This document shows positions 18,201-25,098 of a DNA stretch of 54,629 nucleotides, piece after piece. Under the pieces are notes generated by a model that was not told the DNA's origin, ran no database searches, and saw only the letters and a program-made list of their open reading frames with translations. The stretch's first letter is position 1. Each line of letters opens with the position of its first letter. This DNA is from a virus (taxonomy: Duplodnaviria > Caudoviricetes): the IMG/VR virus record IMGVR_UViG_3300038696_000641, positions 1 through 54,629 of that record; one strand, given 5' to 3'. The translations under genes were made by a program, and so were the position numbers.

Positions 18201-21046
18201 TCTAGTGCAGCCCCCTTCCAGTCCCCTTTATAACCAGAAATAACAGGTCCGAATGGGCCTGTTGCGTTGTCTGACGCATTAGATGCACTTGGCGTTTCTG
18301 CCGCAAATTTGTCTGCGCGGTCCTTGCGAATGAACGTCCCGCCCTGAAACGCAAAGCCGCCGGTATCGAACCCGGTAATATCGGCAGGCTTGAACCCTTT
18401 GAGGACATAGCCTTTCAGCTTCTTGCCCTTGCGGGTGGTGTATTCGACCTCGCCTGCTGCAATGGCATCGGCCACCGCCTTGCGCAGCGGGCTGGTTTCT
18501 TGATCAGCGGGAGCGGTTTCGGGCTGATCCGGCGCAACGTCTTGTTCTGGCGGCGTCTCGTTCTTGATCGGTTCTTGATCCGGCGCGGTGTCCGGCTCAA
18601 ATTGTTCATCAAGAGCCTGGCGGATTGCTGCATCAAACGATCCAAACTCCGAGTGCCCGTTCGGGGTTCCGTTTTCGTCAAGGTAAGTCAGGCGGAAGCC
18701 ACCCGGCTTTGACATATCCGGACCCGCGATTGCCCGCTGGCCTGTGCTTGAAGTAAGCCGCACCGGCTTTCCGCTGGCCGATAGTGTTTTTGCAATTTCT
18801 TCCTTACGGGCAATGCTTTCCCTCGCCTTGGCCCGCAAGTCTTGCAATTCACTTGTCGGTGTTTGTTCTTGATCCGGCGCGGCTTCTGCGACCGGTTCGG
18901 GGCTTGGCGGGGTTTGCCCGCCAGTCAGTGTCTCTTCTGGTGCTGCGGCCTCTGGATCGCCTGTAAATGCGTCTTGGGGTCTGCTGGCCTCTAGTGCGGC
19001 TACGTCAACGTCAGGCGCGTCCTGTGCCTGTTGACGGACGCCAATAAACCCGCCGCCAAAGGGCTCGACGGAATAGCCTTCGCCAAGACGGCTTTCAGCA
19101 ACCCGTTGCGTTGGGAAAATGACTGGATCGCCATTATCGTCAGTGAACATGGCTTCATCAATGCGGCTGGCTTCTTCGCTGCGCTGGCGCTCTTGTTCGC
19201 GCGCATTTTCGGCAAGCTCGGCCACGTCATCGCGCGTCTGCGAAAGCGTGCGCTGCAACGTCGCCATATAGGCGTCGTCCGGCGTCATGCCTTCGTCACG
19301 CACCATTGCGTCCACGGTATCCATGAACTCGTCAGGATCAACGCCTTGCGGGATTGGTGGCAGGTTTTCGACTGGCGCTTCTGGCGCTGGCTGTGCGTCT
19401 GGTGTTTCTGGCGCGGCCACATCTGGCTGCTTGGCAAGTGCTGGTGTGACGATCACAACGCCATTGGCAATGTCTGCCAATTCAACGTCGGCATCTGTGC
19501 CGTCCGCCCCGCGGAACTGCGCAAAGCCTGACGCTGGGTCTTCACCCAAAAATGTCGCGTCCATCGGGTCGCTGATTTCGCCCGTCTCTTGGTCAACGAG
19601 CTGGATCTGCACCGGCTGGTCTGCCCGAAACCCACCCAAAAGGGCATCAGGCGCGTCTGCGGCCACATCTGACAGCGGTGAGGGTGTTGCCGGTTGCGTT
19701 GCGTCGCCGGACGGTCCCTGCGGTGACAGCGCGTCACCGGTTGGCGTTGGTGCCCCCTGCGCCCGCTGGGAGGAGGTAGCAGGCATTGGGGGCACCGCAC
19801 CAGAACCCGACGCCGTGCCGGGAGGAACACCAACGTCGCCGGTGCCTGGTTCGTTAAGAAGGTCGATGTTTGTTTCTTGGTCATTACTGTCATCGTCGCC
19901 GTTGCGGTCATTACTGTCATCGTCGCCGTTGCGGTCATTACTGTCATCGTCGCCGTTGCGGTCACGGTATGCCTTGGCACCACCGCCGACACCGCCCAAA
20001 GCACCGCCAAGAAGGCCCGCGGCAACGCCAACTTCAATATACTCTTTCACGGCATCTTCAGTATCGAGCGGAAGGCCAGCCTGCATACGTTCGAGCATTG
20101 ACTGCCCGATTTCAGTTGGCACCTCCATCAAGACGCCTGCCCCAGCGCCCTTTCCAGCCCCAACCAGAACGCGCTTTGTAAGTATACCGCCACCTTCAGC
20201 TGCTATCTTGGCGCCGACCCCCAGGCCTGAAACGGTAATTAAGTCAGTCACAACATCTAAGGCCGCTTGAGGGACAGCGGTAAGCAGGGCGGCTCCTTCA
20301 TTGACTTGAACAGGAGTGCCGGCTTCTTCGGCCACGTCTTTCTGTCGCTCTCGGTTTTGCCCATAAAAGAACGGAAGGTTTACAGCCAGACCGCCAATGG
20401 CTGCGCCTACAGCCGTCCCGACAACTGGGACAACCGAACCAATAGCGCCACCAGCTGCTGCGCCAGCCAACGTCGAACCCATTTGTGGTACTTGCTGACC
20501 GGCCACCTCAGATGCATACCTGCCGAAAGAGCCAAGGCCATCGACGTCATCAAGTCGTGTGAACCCTCGTGACTTCTCTTGTGCTTCGGCTTCGTTTCTA
20601 TCGGCTACCTCGCGACCGTATTCCTCGACCCCATCAAGGCCAAGCATGCCGCCAACGCCCTCCACGGCAGAGCCGTAGCTTTGCTGGATCGTATCGGCCC
20701 CAACGCCAATCGCCTTGCGAAAACCACCTTCCGGCTGCGGTTCTTCTCTTGGCGTGCCATAAATCTGCGCACGAAGGTTTGTGGCATAGTCCCCGAATGC
20801 CCGCCCCTCGTCTTCCCCGAACAACTCTGAGACAATCGCATTTGGGTCTTCACCGGCTTTGAACCGTGGGCCGACTTGCTGTCCGCGCTGGCGAGCAATT
20901 GCCAAAAGCTCTTGTGGCGTCTGCGCCCCTTCAAGCTCGGCGGATGCGTAAAGCACCTCAATCGGCGTCCCTGTTTCAATGGCAATGTCTTCAAGTGCGG
21001 TTTTTGTTGAAACGGGATCAGTACCGAAGATGGGCATATCGCTCAT
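6299..21046 (-). CDS. giant (4915 aa) DarB-like polyvalent internal virion protein
   Basis: Gly-rich hydrophobic N-terminus; BECR-type nuclease-like segment (LVWGKAG..GYGLSKL, ~17900-18250); inorganic pyrophosphatase-like domain (HYGYFKQTEGADGEHVD, FDEHK, ~16870-17290); N6-adenine MTase (LEPTIGSGNF ~15440, NPPF ~15250); SNF2 helicase (VGAGKT ~13100, DEAH ~12605, QREGRIIRQGN ~11280); HEVIH zincin motif (9563-9577); PLxRFG motif (~8360). Confidence 0.9.
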   Translation of the reverse strand: MSDMPIFGTDPVSTKTALEDIAIETGTPIEVLYASAELEGAQTPQELLAIARQRGQQVGPRFKAGEDPNAIVSELFGEDEGRAFGDYATNLRAQIYGTPREEPQPEGGFRKAIGVGADTIQQSYGSAVEGVGGMLGLDGVEEYGREVADRNEAEAQEKSRGFTRLDDVDGLGSFGRYASEVAGQQVPQMGSTLAGAAAGGAIGSVVPVVGTAVGAAIGGLAVNLPFFYGQNRERQKDVAEEAGTPVQVNEGAALLTAVPQAALDVVTDLITVSGLGVGAKIAAEGGGILTKRVLVGAGKGAGAGVLMEVPTEIGQSMLERMQAGLPLDTEDAVKEYIEVGVAAGLLGGALGGVGGGAKAYRDRNGDDDSNDRNGDDDSNDRNGDDDSNDQETNIDLLNEPGTGDVGVPPGTASGSGAVPPMPATSSQRAQGAPTPTGDALSPQGPSGDATQPATPSPLSDVAADAPDALLGGFRADQPVQIQLVDQETGEISDPMDATFLGEDPASGFAQFRGADGTDADVELADIANGVVIVTPALAKQPDVAAPETPDAQPAPEAPVENLPPIPQGVDPDEFMDTVDAMVRDEGMTPDDAYMATLQRTLSQTRDDVAELAENAREQERQRSEEASRIDEAMFTDDNGDPVIFPTQRVAESRLGEGYSVEPFGGGFIGVRQQAQDAPDVDVAALEASRPQDAFTGDPEAAAPEETLTGGQTPPSPEPVAEAAPDQEQTPTSELQDLRAKARESIARKEEIAKTLSASGKPVRLTSSTGQRAIAGPDMSKPGGFRLTYLDENGTPNGHSEFGSFDAAIRQALDEQFEPDTAPDQEPIKNETPPEQDVAPDQPETAPADQETSPLRKAVADAIAAGEVEYTTRKGKKLKGYVLKGFKPADITGFDTGGFAFQGGTFIRKDRADKFAAETPSASNASDNATGPFGPVISGYKGDWKGAALELERRQTGEATGALNHRDVGDISLVWGKAGTRRSDGYGLSKLIAWHPEVLDDLQGRISRMTVTSKTENRIQLESDSDRAGVRLDWDGQSGAWLIGSYDKGAPRLAEKFTGTLSELWGSMAPLPGRGTKRDNNDTGKNQVKDSSGSVDYPNRKLGISKARVDAPVNGIGDSSDLSLGNIALANAKEGDVLPGYGTVLKVTPKQLQVTKLDGAIARLSINSAKLETLARDMGALIASSANLRDEQLGSLIDMIERDPTLTYRDGVPMLFDDPAEQANRGERGGRKRIGQPLTPPAKEDVDAAAADADPNPTDGQKEAGNYQKGHIIWNGMNLTIENAKGSERSGTDQDGETWSVTMPAHYGYFKQTEGADGEHVDFYMGEAPDADYVMWIDQADADSGKFDEHKIMVGFPSRGAALTAYRGAFNDGRADERIGAFFEGSVAQLKAWLESTSDSNFDSTKPVSGNLDFPFKKKAAPEPKPTNETLINVAADSVDKLRSQDVYRVLEAAPADMLDGLTDYIETARPDLLGWIYSARADILQDREKATDQGAEAPAATQTENTSNSPVIADTAPATSGLLSGLSQEKQDRAAELKARLAAKVRNQASSGLDPEYIILGGELVALYIEGGAKKFGQMLRDFAETTGLSMREAQEPMRAAYNHVRDNMDLAGEDISGMDDASAVMAEVRAALAEEQTISQNDTESDTPEAGEADQAANEGPDEQSTNQDGGQREPTGEVTEQGMDGDGQPDSGSDNDGRREDDEDGAGEPAVDDEGGSVGDGPGSSADSTGSAPNGTPQPNYVISDDFALGEGTDGQKLAANMAALRLVFQLESENRYATREEQDVLARWVGWGGLKTLFDEKHKGTNTQWGKAQAELKQLLSGEQYVAAMRSTNDAHYTSRVVVKAMWRAMRNFGFDGGRALEPTIGSGNFLGLQPADLSAKTEWYASELDPITGMIAKNLYPQANVFDGTGFQDAPFRSATFDVAIGNPPFGAEQIGNKKMHPDLGKMKVHNFIIAKTGQLLREGGIMSMVVTSRFLDTPNSDARRGIAPDFNFLGAIRLPNTAFEANANTQVTTDIVFFQKRKAGEGEGDTSWLDTGVEGPNGTRINSYFAANPDMMLGRPAMDGTMYAGGRDPNGKGEFTLHDDGRDMQASLDQAIDSITATLPSREEALEAATTAQDTSSTLADGKMMLDAKGKVLRGRNDGDGSFVEEVTQDTFWQDEAEAKGRLVQEVRALISAKKARSKVSLEDRINIEQRAKNAAVDAGLIDLASEPMPQKAKYEAAMADNLSNLLFAEKPTKEAMSSLETYEKQVNRKRLGSDGFQRLSAMLDLRQKTKELIGLERADAEPQILEGKRRTLRETYRKFKKAHGYLNNSKNEAVLRGDVGTELALEIGYKPAKKGVNDETAKDAPILSKRVIYPHKMPDSVESVADGLHVSMAERGHVDPILIGELSGKSTEDVVKEMTAGQDPMAFKNPKTGRYELAEVYLSGNLAERIKDAESAGMYQNVPHLNKAMPPAKRQDQITPSIRSLWIPKEVFSSFLQALGYPSAKVSIQETVGMASVETGSIGALTEFGQQFATERMDAGRIFEHAIKGKIPVVYDTIRTPEGDRRVKNEEATKEAVAAYERMSKEFPEWAYANPERAGMVIDAFNAKMNVVTERKYEGVRYLRMVGNSPEIDLRNSQKNGAWRMIQDKVTLLHHVVGAGKTFTAIAGIMERKRMGLTRKAVVAVPNHLTGQWGREWLELYPAANILVPTEKDFAPANRSKLINRIATGDYDAVIIGHSQLTKIENDADTSRKYLNEQIEELNAAMQEARASGQSRRSVGQMGSRLNKLTDKLKELNDKLAEKADSSIIGWKDLGVDYLAVDEAHLFKNLEYTTTASRLVGMNPPGGSQRAFDMLMKVRTLQEQQGSGVAFLTGTPISNSLVEIYSMMKYLIPESLKSMGIGSFDAWKAGFIQDESRFEYTASMQLKERNIMSGMINLGPLSQLYRSFSDIVMRPDVERMYTEQMEARNAAQPDPAKQVSTRFPTPKIKGGARRISLAPPTPKMTEFVRYLVMRMAGIKANKSNKDYMSVDNALWVLTDARKASVDIRTIDPTLGREEGSKVDRSSAEVFRIWEENKERKGAQMVFCDMSAPSKAAERDAKRVIKSAYEKLGVKGSDLTARLKQSEGKTYAEIWGDLLGEIENAIDDLDTTTRKRDSLTEFMESEAAQDAAASMFTADTGFSFYDDMRAALIEKGVPEDEIAFIHDYNTTIQKNALFEAVNEGRVRVLLGSTQKMGAGTNAQKKLVALHHIDAPWRPSDMEQREGRIIRQGNEFYQADPDNFEVEIIAYSTEQTADVVQWQVLERKASAIETFMNAATDSIVEEGGDADQYAEFMAQSTGKEIFLQKMQAEKDRDNARAEIASKLRNLSEAKDFMKSYDGRQRVLKERADDYAGFSVDKIGDGADSYLADWDAQAGAYREEKARLEALADEIRERNKGKPRKEQEKLPEMPTAPTRWTDRPSGGWERKVYDVLKDAQENTYSEPKRFNIAMGGGWSVAMMADKQQTGAVRYRSFLMPPNADYEISISDDFSITAKDFRKSDKLLRALSPENIAMRAEAAANRFSKEQNRHAELKPQMQSLLDVGVDRSKVIDAEERLARLSALVRVEEVKFASENAALGENYFAARDDKGRDLIADDTAQPITENIQFKNAGQTYVSDWGAPNGTRRIEGTDKTGRIAIFEAENMDTGEAVIIEAQENATKDDEGNQTSNWSVLNIYDAEAVAQAVAPDRAPAPKDAMEMRLDDDGGANFRASQSKPSTASFQDATQAKRDINKTVRQIEREVGKATGGRIALTLNDEAYNFGKGYESLDGYFLDGVIGVSMAAPDGPLGIARHEVIHALRSKDVFGGENGAFTKQEWRTLVAAARKNKRLRAQVEKFYAGKSEATKIEEIVAEMYREWADGRDTGLTAAERGAMQKLKDILDAIINVLTGNGMNTAASVFERVRSGEVGGRDPDPSGTFDTVNADPADNPALMASISKMWSPKAAKTDAALDKKEASFVSNLLTNAMASSDKNNSLALVPGEVLFRDLGKALPSAAKWVQSMRQMTAERQEMHAEADVLAREWQGHYAKDKENGRKLHDLMHESTIEGMDPSEKFKRPKRPADMTTGKYMNFVEEKRSSHASMQQKFNALPEAMQDIYRKARDSYRAFDEDLINAMVDAVAKAMELQSSRLKARYEGELQQIIEDGLTGAEATQARKKARSRYNQDIKMLEFSRNARIRKMRLTYESNRIDGPYFPLMRFGQFFVAARDAKGKLVHFERASTAGAQQRIASEMQDQGLVVEKGVMKPEDDVSRFVDPNFVADIAEALGEVAMDGQILDAIYQRYLETLPSFSVRKANIHRKGVPGFDRDAIKAFGSRMFHGAHQLTRLRHAMDLTKHVENARREAKNAPDPTRAGAIANEMQKRHDWSMNPTGAQWSAWATSGAFVWYLGLTPAAAVVNLTQTTVVGIPILVAGIKGATVAKASKALTGALADFTAGLSKGDAEWSRGALTSGRLKDDERAALQQAYLSGALDKSESHDLAGIQDGGVQYSPVREKVMRPISFLFHHAERLNREVTFLAAYRMAKNSGMDQEAAVKKAGDLTWDTHFNYENWSRPRFMQDDWTRVAFVFRQFQVNMLYRLFRDTHQAFKGESPEVRKQARTQLIGITSSMMLHAGITGTWGYALTMLLAGMFFDGGSDEAEEELKGAIVGLFGTGAGGMILKGVPGTLTGTDMTARIGMPELWFRSPNRQLEGRDAYYYMVDQLLGAVPAIGLNMLRGVSLVADGEVWRGAELMVPKAIRDQMRSVRYVNEGVTTYKGDPLLDDVSAHDAVVQAIGFSPARVSERYETNRRMMNMQTAIQDERRAILSDITRYMREGEPISKRALRRMQEFNAKYPPTYRIDDDTIMRSYRARLRTSQRMTGGVLLNTNLEDYIRGNMAPMISQ
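19879..19964. repeat. perfect 27-bp tandem repeat x3 inside the giant gene
   Basis: GGTCATTACTGTCATCGTCGCCGTTGC x3 plus GGTCA; encodes (DRNGDDDSN)x3. Confidence 0.95.
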
Positions 21047-21097
21047 GTGGGGGCCTCATAGCAAAAGGGACCGACGCTATTTGCGTCAGCCCCTCAT

Positions 21098-21144
21098 ATA
21101 CCACATTTAGTCTCTCTTGAAACTACGGACACCACATCTTGTGT
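21098..21144. promoter_or_regulatory. tandem NrdR-box-like pair upstream of the giant gene
   Basis: ATACCACATTTAGTCT (21098-21113) and ACACCACATCTTGTGT (21129-21144), 31 bp apart. Confidence 0.65.
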
Positions 21145-21146
21145 AT

Positions 21147-23165
21147 TTACCCGCCAAACGTCGGGACTGGCTGCCCGTTTGATCCGCCCTGCACAACGCC
21201 GACACCACTTGCAGCACCCGGCTGTGGCTGTGGCAGGTCGGGCCGTGATGATCCGATGTACTGGCGGACGGCTCTGTCTGCTTCTTGCCGCTGTTCCGGC
21301 GTGAATTGCTGCATCGTGGCACGGTCAAAAAACCCATCTGGGAACAGCAGCTCCATTGCCGCATCATAAGCTGAGGTAAACTCCTCGGCATCGGAGACTT
21401 TCTGGGCGAGTGCTGCATTAACACGCTCTCTCTGGCGCTGGTATGCGGCAAGCGGCGACCCCCAGTCGGAAATCCCATTGAGGACGTTTTGCATCCCCAT
21501 GTATTCCTGCTCGATGGTTTCGCCCGACTCCTTGTTGGTCATGGACAAAACAGCACCAACCGGTTGGCCGTTGGCGCCTTCGATCAAGCGCGTACCGGCG
21601 CGGTCCACTTGCCACAAGCCATCTGGCTCGTAGGCTCGCACCATTGCATCCAATGAGGCACTGAATGCCGTAGTATCTCCCGCATTCGCGGCGACGGTCG
21701 CGCGCCCCATGTGCGTGGCACCCTGGCTCGCTTGTTCGCCGTCCAGAAACTCGCGATATTCCCTTGCTTCGGTCAACATCCCCTTTGACACCAAGGCTGC
21801 GACCACTTCGTCACCGCGCGACAAGATATAATCAAGGCTGCGCTTTCCACCCTCATTCAGTGATCGCTGTGTGGCGCGCCCACTTTGAACAGCGCTACCA
21901 TCTGACATTGCGTAGGAGCGCGTGCCTTGCGTGACGGCATCCGTGACAGACATGCTGGCTGGATATTGCAGGCGCGGCTTTCCGTCATTGCTTTGCCCGG
22001 GCTTGGTGCGAAGCTCTGGGGTTTGGGGGTCAGGGTTTTGCTCGCTGGCTGTGGCGTTGCGGGCCTGCTGGGCTTGCGCAGCCGCGCCTGCTGTATCACC
22101 GGCGGTAATCTTTGCTCCCATGCTGTCACGGGCATCAGTGATCCCGTTTTGGCGGCGCAGGTTTGCCGCTTCAATCGCGGACTCCATTGCGGCGCGTTCT
22201 GCGGCGTCACCACCGGCGTTCGGGTCTGTGTAGGCTTTGCTTCCACCGCGAAACGCGCGGTTTACGGGGGCTCCTGCATCTGGGGAAAAGAGCGAGATAC
22301 CTTTGGCAAAACCTTGACCAAGATAGTCTGTGGCAGCGCCAAGCGCATTGCCCGCCCCACGCACGCGCTCGTCAAAATACTCAGCGATCCCTAGCGCGCG
22401 GCCAACTGCATTCCGCTGTATGGTCAGCGCCTCGCGCATGGCGTCATCGATATCGGGATCGAGGAGGCGCTGTGTCAGCTCTTCGTACTTGGATACCTGT
22501 TCCGGGTCTGCATCGGCTGGGATTTGCGGCTCTTGCGCACTACCCTGCCCGCGCGTGCGCTGGTTGGACTGCTGCATTTCCTGATCTGGGCTAACGCGCG
22601 ACGAACCTGTGCCGCGGCGGCGCTGATCTGTGCCTGTCTCCGATGATTGTTGACCATCTGGCCGTTGATCTTGCTCCATCGCATTGCGCACGGCTGGCGT
22701 ATTGAGCTCGGTTGCGCCCATAGTTGGAGGCTGATAGCCGTTACTGGCTGCGCGCCGTGCCTCTTGATCTGACTGCGCCCGTTCACGCGCCGCTACACGC
22801 TGCGCCTGATTTTCAAAGGCCTCTCTTGGGTCAGTCATGCCAAGAGGATCGTCAAAACGATCAACGCGACGTGTGGTGCCATCAACGACTTCTGGCGCGG
22901 CATCTGGCGCGGCAGGCTGTGATACCCGCATTGGTGCCGCCGTTGGTGGCCGCATATCGGTCGCACCGCCACCGCGCTGGCCTTGCTGTAAGCGAGAAGG
23001 CACATCGAGGCGCGACGTTTCACCCGTTGGGTCAGGATTGCGGCGCGGATCAGCACCCGGCCCTGTAGCGAGAACCTTTTGGATTGCGGCCTTCATGACC
23101 TCTTGCGGCGTGCCTTGCGGAAAAGACGCAGTTGAGCCATCTGGCAGTCGGACTTGAATTGTCAT
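21147..23165 (-). CDS. putative internal virion (ejection) protein
   Basis: 672 aa, low complexity, Q/A/R-rich; N-terminal VRLPDGSTASFPQGT; position in the internal-protein cluster. Confidence 0.6.
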   Translation of the reverse strand: MTIQVRLPDGSTASFPQGTPQEVMKAAIQKVLATGPGADPRRNPDPTGETSRLDVPSRLQQGQRGGGATDMRPPTAAPMRVSQPAAPDAAPEVVDGTTRRVDRFDDPLGMTDPREAFENQAQRVAARERAQSDQEARRAASNGYQPPTMGATELNTPAVRNAMEQDQRPDGQQSSETGTDQRRRGTGSSRVSPDQEMQQSNQRTRGQGSAQEPQIPADADPEQVSKYEELTQRLLDPDIDDAMREALTIQRNAVGRALGIAEYFDERVRGAGNALGAATDYLGQGFAKGISLFSPDAGAPVNRAFRGGSKAYTDPNAGGDAAERAAMESAIEAANLRRQNGITDARDSMGAKITAGDTAGAAAQAQQARNATASEQNPDPQTPELRTKPGQSNDGKPRLQYPASMSVTDAVTQGTRSYAMSDGSAVQSGRATQRSLNEGGKRSLDYILSRGDEVVAALVSKGMLTEAREYREFLDGEQASQGATHMGRATVAANAGDTTAFSASLDAMVRAYEPDGLWQVDRAGTRLIEGANGQPVGAVLSMTNKESGETIEQEYMGMQNVLNGISDWGSPLAAYQRQRERVNAALAQKVSDAEEFTSAYDAAMELLFPDGFFDRATMQQFTPEQRQEADRAVRQYIGSSRPDLPQPQPGAASGVGVVQGGSNGQPVPTFGG

Positions 23166-23169
23166 GCGT

Positions 23170-23604
23170 TTACTCCGGGATTAGACCGCGTTGCGGATCA
23201 TAGACGTAGTTTGTGACGGCCCCATCCGCATTGGGCAGAGACATGCCTGCTGCGGGTGTGGTGTTGCGCCCGAAGCTCAATTGTGTAGAGCCTGTTTCCA
23301 GTGGTTGCGGATTGCCCGTTGCATTTTGCACTGACATAGACGCTGCGACCGGCGGGCTGTTGTGAACCTCAGCTTGCACGTCAGCGATCGTTGGGCGATT
23401 GCCCCGCGCTGCCGCCCTGCGCATCTGCGCCAGCCGTGCTTCATGCATTTCCTGCGCACGATCTTCGCCCGCACCCGCCCAGTCATGGCGCTCGCCGGAC
23501 CGCTCGAAGTCTTTGTCTTCCATGGCGCGCAGACGCTTGTTGTTGTCCATGGTGTCGCGGAAAGTCGCGCCCCGCATTGCGCCGTCTACAAATGCACCCA
23601 ACAT
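23170..23604 (-). CDS. hypothetical virion-cluster protein
   Basis: 144-aa ORF packed between its neighbours. Confidence 0.55.
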   Translation of the reverse strand: MLGAFVDGAMRGATFRDTMDNNKRLRAMEDKDFERSGERHDWAGAGEDRAQEMHEARLAQMRRAAARGNRPTIADVQAEVHNSPPVAASMSVQNATGNPQPLETGSTQLSFGRNTTPAAGMSLPNADGAVTNYVYDPQRGLIPE

Positions 23605-23616
23605 GTCTGTGCTTCC

Positions 23617-24669
23617 TTATGCTGTGGCGCGCTGCTTTGGCGCGTCCATTTTGTCTACTTTTGCGGCCAATTCCTGCACCGCGCCCATGGTGATCCCGAC
23701 GGCATCGATCACGTTGATCTCTTTGCCGTTGCCAAGGCCGGTCGCCTTCTGGAAGTCTTCAGCGTAAGGCCCGACGTGTTTTTTGCCGCCACCGTCACCC
23801 ATGCCGCGCTTATACTCCCACTCTTCAACCGGCATATCGCGCACGGCATCGAGGACCGACATGGGCTTGCGCTTGTTGGTCTTGTATTCCTTGGATGACA
23901 TCATCTTGAAGCCAACCGCCGTACCTGCGGCCCCTGCGATATCGCCCCAGAAAGCGTTATTGGCCTCATACCCTGCCATCTGTTGATTGAACTGGGTGTT
24001 GAGGCCATTGATCATGCCTTGCTGGCCGGACATGGCTGCGCTTGCGCCGCCTGCTGTCATGGCGTTTGCACCGCTAATACCGTTCATGGCCGCTGACATG
24101 CCGGTGCCGCCCGCTGACGTGCCCATGCCCATGCTGGTTGCCGGATTGACGGCAAGACCTGCACCGAGATTGATTGCCTGCGCGCGAAGCCCGCGCCCCT
24201 CGCTCTCGATCCGGCGCCGGGCACCATTGGCGGCCCCCGCAGATGCAAGCGCTTCAGTGGTCTGCGCGCGGTTGGATTGGGATTGCGACCGGCCAGAATT
24301 GGGGTTCACGCCCATTGCGGCGTTCTGACGGGTGCGCTGCTGTCGGCCAAGGGCAAACTGCTGGCGCACATCGGCAACCGCCTCGGTAGATGCAGCCTCC
24401 TTGCGCTCGTCACTGGCGTAGTTTTGCGCTTCATCAATGAACCGGTCTTGCAGTGGGACAAACGTGTCCTCGTAGCGCCCGCGATCATCCGCAGCCCAGC
24501 CGTCAGTGACCGCCGCCCTGCCCTGCATCCAGTCCAGATACTCTTGGCTTTGATCTAGTTGCAGCTGCGAGAACCGTTCAGACGCTTCTTGTGCGCGCAT
24601 CCCGATTTCGGCCTGCATGACTGCGGCTTCACCGATCCGCGCGTCCGGCTTTGGTGGCTTTCTTCCCAT
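23617..24669 (-). CDS. internal virion protein with C-terminal Peptidase S74-like chaperone domain
   Basis: Gly/Ala/Met-rich body then SSKEYKTN..VLDAVRDMPVEEWEYK..HVGPYAEDF. Confidence 0.65.
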   Translation of the reverse strand: MGRKPPKPDARIGEAAVMQAEIGMRAQEASERFSQLQLDQSQEYLDWMQGRAAVTDGWAADDRGRYEDTFVPLQDRFIDEAQNYASDERKEAASTEAVADVRQQFALGRQQRTRQNAAMGVNPNSGRSQSQSNRAQTTEALASAGAANGARRRIESEGRGLRAQAINLGAGLAVNPATSMGMGTSAGGTGMSAAMNGISGANAMTAGGASAAMSGQQGMINGLNTQFNQQMAGYEANNAFWGDIAGAAGTAVGFKMMSSKEYKTNKRKPMSVLDAVRDMPVEEWEYKRGMGDGGGKKHVGPYAEDFQKATGLGNGKEINVIDAVGITMGAVQELAAKVDKMDAPKQRATA

Positions 24670-24673
24670 CGTA

Positions 24674-25096
24674 TCAGTCCTTTTCGAGCCAGCGGCATTC
24701 GTCCCGGGTCATGCCAAAGCATACACCATCCGTGCCGTCATGGGCACCACATTTTGTGGCTCCCTCAATTCTCCACCCAATATGTAGGCATGCCGTCAGT
24801 GCGCGGATGTTCCAATGCGGGACAACGGTTTTGATCTTCGTCACCCCAAGGTGGTCAAAGGCATAGGCCCCGAGAACCCTCAAGACACCCCGCGTTGCCC
24901 ACCGGCGCCCGCCATTGCTGGCAATGTGGAAGTCGCATGAGTGCGCACACTGGTTGTCAATCGTCACCACGGCCTGCAACCTGCCTTCGACGTCCACAAC
25001 GCCCAATGCGATGCTATCAGCCCGCATGGCGTCCTGACCGTGCCAGATCGCCGCTTGCTGCAAAAGCCCGGCTTGGTGTTCCATCGTTACGCGCAT
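24674..25096 (-). CDS. GNAT-family acetyltransferase-like protein
   Basis: YAFDHLGVTKIKTVVPHWNIRAL..GWRIEG resembles RimJ/RimL-type GNAT; start taken at MRVTME. Confidence 0.7.
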   Translation of the reverse strand: MRVTMEHQAGLLQQAAIWHGQDAMRADSIALGVVDVEGRLQAVVTIDNQCAHSCDFHIASNGGRRWATRGVLRVLGAYAFDHLGVTKIKTVVPHWNIRALTACLHIGWRIEGATKCGAHDGTDGVCFGMTRDECRWLEKD

Positions 25097-25098
25097 GA

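Noticed and set aside
19879-19964. Possible CRISPR array
   Set aside because: Repeats are head-to-tail with no spacers, in frame within a CDS, and no cas genes are present.
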